The notes under the pieces: generated by a model
The model's database searches: none
What the model was told of the DNA's origin: nothing
The model's input: only the letters and a program-made list of their open reading frames with translations
Part shown: positions 57,536 to 64,000 of the stretch, one piece after another
Numbering within the stretch: the first letter of the stretch is position 1
Layout of the letters: every line of letters starts with the position of its first letter
NCBI GenBank assembly: GCA_964554805.1
Contig: CAZKPX010000001.1
Location: 124,818 to 188,817 of the forward strand
Direction of reading: 5' to 3'
DNA length: 64,000 bases
Source of the DNA: an uncultured Candidatus Saccharibacteria bacterium
GTDB lineage: Bacteria > Patescibacteriota > CAZHWT01
Made by a program: the position numbers and the translations under genes

Positions 57536-57595
57536 AAAGTGAGAAGGAGAAGTGAGAAGTTTTTGATTTCTTCTGGCTTCTTCTTTTTACTTCTA
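57536..57595 (-). promoter_or_regulatory. GA/CU-rich imperfect inverted repeat immediately 5' of nrnA
   Basis: AAAAGTGAGAAGGAGAAGTGAGAAG...CTTCTGGCTTCTTCTTTTTACTTCT. Confidence 0.35.
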
Positions 57596-57757
57596 GCTTA
57601 TATGTATCACCTATATGTACAGTCTTTACTCTGTAGACAAGTGCGATAACAGTTTATATCACTTATCCTATAGGTATGTCAAGTATTTGATATAAGCGGT
57701 TCTATTGAGGTGATGTATTGATTATAAAGGTAGTGTCAACAGACAGGCTAAATTCAA

Positions 57758-57805
57758 TAATTTATTCAAATTTAACGCGAAAGGCGACCCCGCTTGGGGT
57801 CGCCT
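57758..57805 (-). terminator. Terminator: 10-bp perfect hairpin AGGCGACCCC-GCTT-GGGGTCGCCT plus a U-rich tail
   Basis: Seen directly, downstream of the 146-aa gene. Confidence 0.5.
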
Positions 57806-57847
57806 GTGATCTTGAGTCTTGGAGTAAAATCCCTCCATATACGCTCA

Positions 57848-58288
57848 CTAAACGTAGCGAGCGTACTGATTACCATCTCGGGGTTTTGGCAGACCCTTGA
57901 AGTTCGGCAACTCGCCGGTTTTAAAGAACTTTTGAAGATCTGAGTAGAACCGCTCTGCTTGGCCATTGGATCCGGTTGACCACTGCGGTTCCATAACGAG
58001 GGACAATACCATTATTCCGCATTTGGATTTTTGCGGCATTTCCCCGTAGAGAGTCTTCGATCCATTGACCACAGAGTTCCAGACTTGGGTGAGCTGGAAT
58101 CTCAGATGGATCTCATCCTTTGGTGCATCCCCACCATTATTATTGACCGTGCTGAGCAAGGTTGCGTATTTATCTCGCAGCTCTTGCACAGCCGCTGCTT
58201 CTTTCTTGAAACTTTCAATGTTCAACATCACATCCTCCATCCTATCTACCTTGTCGGAAAGTTCCGACAGGTTGGAATTCTTGTCCAA
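57848..58288 (-). CDS. Hypothetical protein (146 aa) in an AT-rich segment between nrnA and infB
   Basis: ORF only. It occupies the position where rbfA/truB usually lie, and is not RbfA-like. Confidence 0.4.
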   Translation of the reverse strand: MDKNSNLSELSDKVDRMEDVMLNIESFKKEAAAVQELRDKYATLLSTVNNNGGDAPKDEIHLRFQLTQVWNSVVNGSKTLYGEMPQKSKCGIMVLSLVMEPQWSTGSNGQAERFYSDLQKFFKTGELPNFKGLPKPRDGNQYARYV

Positions 58289-58561
58289 TCAGAGCGCAGT
58301 CTAAAAAAGTGCTGTGCCCTAGTTGGACAAGATGAGGAACGAATTGTTAATTATGCTACAAGCCCCGCTTCTTATGTACTTAATAATCACAAAAAGCGGT
58401 TTTTAGGTTGGCCTTTTTGCAAGGCTTGCGCATAGTTCACTACTATTGAAGTAGTTCTTCAATAGTGCTTCCTCACTCTAATGACCTTTTGGCAATAGTG
58501 TCGAGTGAATGCACCAACAGTTAGTCATTGAGGATTAGCAGCCGCTACTCAGATGTAGGTA

Positions 58562-58596
58562 CAAAAAAGACGGCCATTGAGGGTCGTCTTTTTTGT
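58562..58596 (-). terminator. infB terminator (AAGACGGCC-ATTGAG-GGTCGTCTT flanked by A6 and T6)
   Basis: 9-bp stem with one G-U pair. Reads as a terminator on either strand. Confidence 0.55.
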
Positions 58597-58618
58597 TGTA
58601 TTTAAGAATGGACTAAGT

Positions 58619-60145
58619 TTACAGTGCTTCGATGATGTCGCCGGATTGGAATTCGAAGCCTGGTTTGAGGAGAATACCGCATTCGGTATTTTTCTTGGCT
58701 TCACCAACCTTTTCGACGCCGTGGCGGATTTCACTGATCACGCCTTCTTCAAGCACGACTTCATCGCCGCGAGTGACATTTACTTTCCAGTTGCGACGCA
58801 TCAGGCCGTCGGTAATGCGACAACCAGCCACGATATCTCCAGAGCGTAGTTCGAAGGTTTGCAGGACTTCGGCGCGACCTTTGATAGGGACTTCTTTTTC
58901 GGGTATGCCGCCGGCCAAAACGTCTTCGATATCTTCGAGGAGCTGGTAGATGATTTCGTATTCCTGAACCATGACTTTTTCGAAGTCGATGGCCCGCTTG
59001 GCTGCTGGGTCTACTTTGACTCTAAAGGCCAGCAATAGTGATCCGGATGTGGCGGCCAGCATAACATCTGACTCTGATACGCTACCGGTGCCAGCAAGAA
59101 TAAATCGCGGACGATCACCTGCTTCAGACTGGATTTGTTCAATGCTGCTGACTATAGCTTCCAAGGAGCCTTGGGTGTCAGCCTTGAGGATGAGTTTGAG
59201 TTCGCGGACTTCGCCGGTATTGGCAAAGAGGGCTGTCAGATCGGTTGGATCATAGGCAGCTGCTTCGATGGCATCTTGATCTTTGACTTCCTGTTCTTGG
59301 CGGGTCTTAGCAAGAGCCATAGCTTCTTTTTCACTAGCTACAACTTCAATAACTGCTCCGACGGACGGTACTGTCTTGAGACCTAAGATTTCTACGGGAG
59401 TAGATGGTCCTGCTTGACGAATTGATTGGTTTTGATCGCTAGTTAAGGCTCGGACCTTGCCAAACGATGTGCCTGAAATAATAACATCGCCCACTTTTAA
59501 GATGCCTTTTTGGACAATTACGTCGGCAATGGCGCCGCGCTTGGCATCTTGATTGCTTTCGACAACTATTGCCTGAGCAGGGCTGGTGGTGTCTGCTTGC
59601 AGCTCTTGTAATTCGGCCAGCAAGACTACCATTTCAAGTAATTCATCGATGCCGATGTTTTGGGTAGCAGAAGTTTGGACTAAGGGTACATTTCCGCCGT
59701 AGCCTTCTACTAGAACATTTTCTCGAGCTAGTTGCTCTTTGACGCGTTCAGGTTGAGCACCGACGGCATCTATTTTGTTCATAGCGACGATGATTGGTGC
59801 TTCGGCAGCTTGCGCATGGGAGATAGCTTCTTTGGTTTGAGGCATAACGCCGTCGTCAGCAGCCACTACCAAAATGACGATGTCGGTTAGCTTGGCACCG
59901 CGAGCGCGCATTTGAGTAAAGGCGGCGTGACCAGGAGTATCAATGAAAGTGATCGGATGACCATTCTTGGTGACTTGGTAGGCGCCGATGTGCTGTGTGA
60001 TACCGCCGGACTCACCGGCTGCTTGTTGAGTGCTGCGAATTGCATCGAGCAGGCTGGTTTTGCCATGATCGACGTGACCCATGATGGTGACGATGGGTGG
60101 GCGGGTTGAGGATTGGGTTGTAACTGTTTTGTCTTTTTTAGCCAT
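58619..60145 (-). CDS. infB: Translation initiation factor IF-2 (short form, 508 aa, lacking the N-terminal domains)
   Basis: G domain ([21 protein letters not shown]) followed by the beta-barrel and C-terminal domains. Confidence 0.9.
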   Translation of the reverse strand: MAKKDKTVTTQSSTRPPIVTIMGHVDHGKTSLLDAIRSTQQAAGESGGITQHIGAYQVTKNGHPITFIDTPGHAAFTQMRARGAKLTDIVILVVAADDGVMPQTKEAISHAQAAEAPIIVAMNKIDAVGAQPERVKEQLARENVLVEGYGGNVPLVQTSATQNIGIDELLEMVVLLAELQELQADTTSPAQAIVVESNQDAKRGAIADVIVQKGILKVGDVIISGTSFGKVRALTSDQNQSIRQAGPSTPVEILGLKTVPSVGAVIEVVASEKEAMALAKTRQEQEVKDQDAIEAAAYDPTDLTALFANTGEVRELKLILKADTQGSLEAIVSSIEQIQSEAGDRPRFILAGTGSVSESDVMLAATSGSLLLAFRVKVDPAAKRAIDFEKVMVQEYEIIYQLLEDIEDVLAGGIPEKEVPIKGRAEVLQTFELRSGDIVAGCRITDGLMRRNWKVNVTRGDEVVLEEGVISEIRHGVEKVGEAKKNTECGILLKPGFEFQSGDIIEAL

Positions 60146-60164
60146 AGATGTAACCTTTGGTTAT

Positions 60165-60194
60165 AGCGACGAGCGACGAGAACGAGCGACGAGG
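60165..60194. repeat. Copy of the GCGACGAGCGACGAG heptad-repeat element in the infB-nusA spacer
   Basis: AGCGACGAGCGACGAGAACGAGCGACGAGG. Confidence 0.6.
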
Positions 60195-60245
60195 AATTTA
60201 AACCTACCAAGATTGCTCACTTCCCTGCTGGCCGACCATACTTGT

Positions 60246-61442
60246 TTAGCTTTGTTCGTTTTCTTCAGTAGATTCTTCGGTTGCTTGTTCGATATCATCG
60301 GCCAATTCTTCAACTACTTCTTCAGTAATGGTTGGTTCTTCTTCAGCGGCTTCGATGATGGCTTCGTCTAGTTCCTGGTCAGGATCTGGTTGAGTGGCTT
60401 GGGCTTCGACAGTGGCTTCGATGGAGGTTTCGTCGGAGACTCGGGTATCCTGGGCGTCTTGGGTATCCTGGTCATCTTGGGGGGCTGCAGAAACATCGGC
60501 GGCAGCGGTTTCGCCGCTGATGTCGATGCGGAAACCGGTTAGTTTGGCAGCCAGACGAACGTTTTGGCCTTCTTTGCCGATAGCCAGAGATAGCTGATCG
60601 TCCATGACGACAACTTTGGCTTCTTTGCCTTCGGTATCAACCTTGATGTCAATAGCTTTGGCTGGAGACAGGGCGGCTACGATGAAACGCTCTACATCTG
60701 GACTCCACAGAATAAGATCGAGCTTTTCACCGTTCAGTTCATTGGTGATAGCCTGGACGCGAACGCCTTTTTGACCAACACATGAACCGACTGGGTCGAC
60801 GCCTTCTTGGTTGGAGGTGACTGCTACCTTAGAGCGATTACCTGCTTCGCGGGCAATGGCTTTGATTTCAACTGCACCGGAGGCTACTTCTGGGACTTCT
60901 AGCTCAAATAGAGCAGCTAGCAGATTAGGATGTGAGCGGGATAGGATGATTTCCTGACCACGTGGACCATCTTTGATTTCTGAGACATAGACCTTTAAGC
61001 GCTGGTTGAGACGATAGTTTTCGCCTTGAGCTTGCTCTTGCGGAGGCATAATACCGATGGTACGACCGATGTCGAGCATCCAGTTTGGGCCTTCTTTGCG
61101 CTGGATCATGGCAGAGATAACGGTGCCGATTTTTTTGCCGTAGTCGTCCATGATGGCTTCTTTTTCGGCTTCACGGATGCGCTGGAGAATAACTTGCTTG
61201 GCGGTCTGGGCAGCAATGCGGCCAAACCCAGCAGGAGTTACATCTTTGCCATCGAGAAGAATGCGAACTTCGCCGGTGTCTGGATCGACATCAGCAATCA
61301 GTTCTTGTTCTTCGGTAATCTCGCCAAAATCGCGGCGATAGGCTGCTAACAAAGCATGACGAAGTGATTCTAAAATAATATTTGGATCGATGCCGCGCTC
61401 GGAAGCTACTTGATTGAGGGCGGCCATAAATTCTGTACGCAT
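60246..61442 (-). CDS. nusA: Transcription termination/antitermination factor NusA (no AR1/AR2; acidic C-terminal tail)
   Basis: N-terminal domain, S1, and two KH domains. The C-terminus is Glu/Asp-rich. Confidence 0.9.
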   Translation of the reverse strand: MRTEFMAALNQVASERGIDPNIILESLRHALLAAYRRDFGEITEEQELIADVDPDTGEVRILLDGKDVTPAGFGRIAAQTAKQVILQRIREAEKEAIMDDYGKKIGTVISAMIQRKEGPNWMLDIGRTIGIMPPQEQAQGENYRLNQRLKVYVSEIKDGPRGQEIILSRSHPNLLAALFELEVPEVASGAVEIKAIAREAGNRSKVAVTSNQEGVDPVGSCVGQKGVRVQAITNELNGEKLDLILWSPDVERFIVAALSPAKAIDIKVDTEGKEAKVVVMDDQLSLAIGKEGQNVRLAAKLTGFRIDISGETAAADVSAAPQDDQDTQDAQDTRVSDETSIEATVEAQATQPDPDQELDEAIIEAAEEEPTITEEVVEELADDIEQATEESTEENEQS

Positions 61443-61570
61443 ATTTAATTTTCCTTTCGGTATTCTATTGTTTGTCTGGAGTAGTCTCGCTTATTTGTAA
61501 AAATGAAAAAAGGCGGTCTGCTTGCGCCCGCCAACTAAAGATACTACATCAGACTGGTTATTTCTGGGTG

Positions 61571-61599
61571 ATTATAGCACAGAAAGCGACTGGAGACAA
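61571..61599 (-). promoter_or_regulatory. Sigma70-like promoter for nusA (TTGTCT, 17-nt spacer, TGcTATAAT)
   Basis: Minus strand: cTTGTCTccagtcgctttctgTGCTATAATcacc, about 130 nt upstream of the nusA ATG. Confidence 0.5.
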
Positions 61600-61654
61600 G
61601 CTGCAGGAGACTAAATCTTTTCAGTGATTTAGTTTTGAGTTTTGAAAAATTAGG

Positions 61655-61740
61655 CGGTTTTAATAAGGTGCTCGGAAATGAGACCAAAGTCGTCTTTGGA
61701 AATGCCGATCAGGCCGTGACGGAGGGTGAATTGCCAGCCC
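61655..61740 (-). pseudogene. Duplicated 3' fragment of the EVE-domain gene (about 88% identical to 62775-62870)
   Basis: The reverse complement translates in frame to WQFTLRHGLIGISKDDFGLISEHLI, matching the C-terminus of the 62770-63204 gene. There is no start codon and no upstream similarity. Confidence 0.45.
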
Positions 61741-61880
61741 TTCCAACATAATAGTGTCTCTCTGAGGATGACTGGCATATTTAAGTTATGCTATTTTGTC
61801 AATTACAATACATCAGCGCAGCTTCAGTTTCAACCCAGTGTGTAACTTTTTATAGGATAGAAATTGACGAGGAAGTGGGA

Positions 61881-62723
61881 TTAAAATTTGATGGCGCTGA
61901 AGATAGTTTGGCCAATTGTGGAGTCTTGGGGCTGACCGTCGATCTGCTTGAGCTGAATGACATAGTTGCGCTGATTGGCCGCAACTACATAAACATCTTC
62001 GGTTATATAGCTATCTGTGTCTGAATTATAGGAGGTTTGAGTCAGACTGATGGCTTGCTGATTGCCCAGTTTGAAAGAGTGCTGATTGGTGATTTTGTTA
62101 GGCTGTGGGTTGAATGTAGCTCCATCGCGCCATACTCCAACTGGAGCCTCCTGCCAGGATTTAGTATATATCTGAGCGAGTTGGTCTAGACTCAATGAAT
62201 CAACTAGAGGGCTGCTACAAATGACTCGAATAGAGGTGCCTTGACTACTATCGGATAGCTTGTAGCTAACTGAGGCAGTAGCGACTAGACCGAGACCCTT
62301 ATATTCAATGCCGGGCGTAAAAATATTAGACTTCCCCTCATAACTCCACCCCCCTTCTCTTTGATTGATAACAGGAGGAATAGCCAGGCTGACTTGACAG
62401 GAATTAGTGTCTGGTCCTTGATAGGTCCAGCCTTGAGGCAAGGCTGCTGTCTGCGAGGCAGATGTGGTTGTTTGCTGAGAGTTGGGTGTGGGGGTTGGTG
62501 CTGAAGGTATTACTTTGGGTTGTGAATTAATTTGATAAAACGCGGCTACCGCAACAGCTCCGGCGACAGCGAGTGTGATAATGGCAATTAGACTGATGAT
62601 AGGCCATTTGCTGGTGGACTTGGTTGATGGCTTTGGTGATATTTGAGTCTGCGATTGTGCTGATTGAAGCGGCACGATGGATGCTTGGCTTTGGTCGTCG
62701 AGCGAAGATTGAGGATCGTCCAT
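61881..62723 (-). CDS. Hypothetical membrane-anchored/secreted protein (280 aa; N-terminal TM, Ser/Thr/Gln-rich linker)
   Basis: ORF with IISLIAIITLAVAGAVAVAAF TM. Flanked by about 90-bp direct repeats. Confidence 0.5.
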   Translation of the reverse strand: MDDPQSSLDDQSQASIVPLQSAQSQTQISPKPSTKSTSKWPIISLIAIITLAVAGAVAVAAFYQINSQPKVIPSAPTPTPNSQQTTTSASQTAALPQGWTYQGPDTNSCQVSLAIPPVINQREGGWSYEGKSNIFTPGIEYKGLGLVATASVSYKLSDSSQGTSIRVICSSPLVDSLSLDQLAQIYTKSWQEAPVGVWRDGATFNPQPNKITNQHSFKLGNQQAISLTQTSYNSDTDSYITEDVYVVAANQRNYVIQLKQIDGQPQDSTIGQTIFSAIKF

Positions 62724-62769
62724 ATGTTAATTAGAACAGAAGCTGCAATATGAAGCAAACACGTAAGGG

Positions 62770-63204
62770 TTATTTTGCCAATAAGGCTTCGGATATCAGA
62801 CCAAAGTCGTCCTTGGAGATGCCGATGAGGCCGTGGCGGAGGGTGAATTGCCAGTTTTTCTTGTCAGGAATGAACTTGAGCTGATCGATGAGGGGTTTGA
62901 TATCAGTTGGGTTGGAGGAAAGATAGTGGAATGGCCGGCGATAAGGCTGGTAGTGTTCGTTGACAGTTACTTTGGTGATTTTACCTTCTTCGACTTGACC
63001 GATAGAAATGAAGGCCTCGACAGGCGTTTTGTCATTGAGTGAGACTTTGGGAGCGTAAAAAATGACCCAGTCATCTTTTTTGATTCGGGCTAAGGGTGCA
63101 CGTTTGCCATGGCCGATTTGTAAAAATTCGCCGGCTTGGCCTCTTTGGGTATGTTCTTGGGTGGCGACGGAGATCCAGTATTTCATAGAGATACATTGTC
63201 TCAT
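62770..63204 (-). CDS. Putative EVE (PUA-like) domain protein; probable start at MKYWIS (63186)
   Basis: About 138-aa protein with MKYWISVATQEH...WVIFY...pattern suggestive of an EVE/PUA-like fold. Assigned by resemblance only. Confidence 0.4.
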   Translation of the reverse strand: MRQCISMKYWISVATQEHTQRGQAGEFLQIGHGKRAPLARIKKDDWVIFYAPKVSLNDKTPVEAFISIGQVEEGKITKVTVNEHYQPYRRPFHYLSSNPTDIKPLIDQLKFIPDKKNWQFTLRHGLIGISKDDFGLISEALLAK

Positions 63205-63279
63205 GGATGGGCAAGAGGGTCGCCGGCTGGCGGATTAAGGAGGCGTGAGGAGGAGGAGGAGAAGGAGGAGTTTATTAAT

Positions 63280-63316
63280 GTAGAAATGCGAAAGCGCCGG
63301 GGGGGTTCCCCGGCGC
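63280..63316 (-). terminator. Terminator (GCGCCGGGG-GGGTT-CCCCGGCGC plus U tract) downstream of the 80-aa coiled-coil gene; copy 1 of a duplicated module
   Basis: 9-bp GC stem. The minus strand continues TTTCGCATTTCTAC. Confidence 0.5.
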
Positions 63317-63358
63317 CGTGATGGTGGCTTGGTTAGGCAGCTGATGACTATCAGGGAT

Positions 63359-63601
63359 TCAGGACTTTGTGTCCATTGGCTGCACGGTCTCGGCCATAAG
63401 AGCTATGCCTTGCTGGAGCAGTGCTTTGACCTCTGCGATTTCCATCCGAAGTCGCGCCACCTCGTCAGTGAGGATTTTCGCCTCTTTGACTTCCCGCTGA
63501 AGCAGCCCAACCTGATCGGCGAGTCTTTCCGTTCCGCCCCTCAGCTCTCGGACTGCGCCAACGACGAGGTCGACATCAGTCGAATCGATAGTTTTTGCCA
63601 T
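63359..63601 (-). CDS. Hypothetical small coiled-coil protein (80 aa from MAKTIDSTDV)
   Basis: ORF with heptad-like charged repeats (EVKEAKILTDEVARLRMEIAEVKALLQQ). Confidence 0.4.
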   Translation of the reverse strand: MAKTIDSTDVDLVVGAVRELRGGTERLADQVGLLQREVKEAKILTDEVARLRMEIAEVKALLQQGIALMAETVQPMDTKS

Positions 63602-63744
63602 CTTAAAATCTTTCACGAAGGCCTCAGTCATAAGCACGATGCTTAAGACATACATCTGTTATTCTATGCTACTATGGGTTATTTGTCAATTTAATTCTTT
63701 GAGGTTTTACATTCTTAGCTTTTTGCAAACACAAGCAGATGCTC

Positions 63745-63785
63745 GGTTTAAAACGAGAAAGCGCCGGGGAGATTTCCCCGGCGCT
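63745..63785 (-). terminator. Terminator (GCGCCGGGG-AGATTT-CCCCGGCGC plus U tract); copy 2 of the duplicated module, downstream of the partial gene
   Basis: The same stem sequence and flanks (GTGATGGTG..TTGGTT) as at 63280-63330. Confidence 0.5.
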
Positions 63786-63817
63786 GTGATGGTGTTTGGT
63801 TTGTGTCCAATGATGGA

Positions 63818-64000
63818 CTATTCCTCTGAGATGAGGTCGATAATCTGCTCCATGCGAGGGAGCGGGTTGTCGGGAGTGATGGCCAGATGCTGCAGCCAAG
63901 TGCTCGGCGCAGAAATCCTGGTCGCCCGACCGATCGTCATCACCCTGACGGTCTTGTTTTCAGCTTCAGTTTCTTCAGAAGCACCAAGCTGAATCAGGTT
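63818..64000 (-). CDS. C-terminal 60 codons of a gene that extends beyond the window end (hypothetical)
   Basis: Reverse-complement frame from 64000 reads NLIQLGASEETEAENKTVRVMTIGRATRISAPSTWLQHLAITPDNPLPRMEQIIDLISEE and ends at a stop at 63818-63820. Confidence 0.4.
   Translation of the reverse strand, partial: NLIQLGASEETEAENKTVRVMTIGRATRISAPSTWLQHLAITPDNPLPRMEQIIDLISEE

Noticed and set aside
63639-63992. ORF-track entries 63639-63992 (+) and 63672-63899 (-)
   Set aside because: A different minus-strand frame running off the window end gives a cleaner ORF that terminates just before the 63745-63785 terminator. The track ORFs overlap it and the terminator, and are probably spurious.

Overview
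The window reads as a 64-kb stretch from a small-genome bacterium with about 48% GC. The absence of L30 and the shortened IF-2, AlaS and NusA suggest a CPR/Patescibacteria-like organism; this is inference, not a database result. Almost everything is encoded on the minus strand. Positions 1-14537 hold a contiguous translation supercluster: secY (N-terminal part), then the spc and S10 ribosomal-protein operons, tuf, fusA, rpsG and rpsL. A consensus sigma70-like promoter sits upstream of rpsL. Between rpsL and rpoC there is a roughly 4-kb accessory island (14.5-18.7 kb). It carries six hypothetical genes, mostly on the opposite strand, each with its own terminator, plus an AT-rich segment. This island is the best candidate here for an undescribed system. 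Next come rpoC and rpoB (18.7-26.0 kb) behind a long untranslated leader. From 26 to 34.5 kb lie envelope and miscellaneous genes: a membrane protein, a VOC/glyoxalase-family protein, a GT-C glycosyltransferase, a zinc-ribbon protein, an orphan receiver domain, MltG-like and RuvX. Three minus-strand tRNA genes follow; one has an aberrant anticodon arm. After them come an FtsA-like ATPase with a bitopic partner, a GC-rich (probably foreign) small gene, alaS, an HTH-NUDIX protein, YtxH/DUF948-like proteins, RodZ-like and FtsK. The last third holds RNase J with low-complexity tails, a Lon-like AAA+ ATPase lacking its protease domain, pnp, rpsO, a DHH phosphoesterase, infB, nusA, a secreted hypothetical flanked by about 90-bp direct repeats (an EVE-gene fragment duplication), and an EVE-domain gene. 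Several dispersed repeat families recur. One is a GCGACGAGCGACGAG heptad repeat, found in intergenic DNA and in frame inside genes. A second is a set of GA/CU-rich palindromic elements in 5' leaders. A third is AAAGGCAAAGGGCAAAAG palindromes upstream of pnp and of a DUF948 gene. There is also a perfect 21-bp palindrome. No rRNA, CRISPR array, transposase or integrase was recognised.
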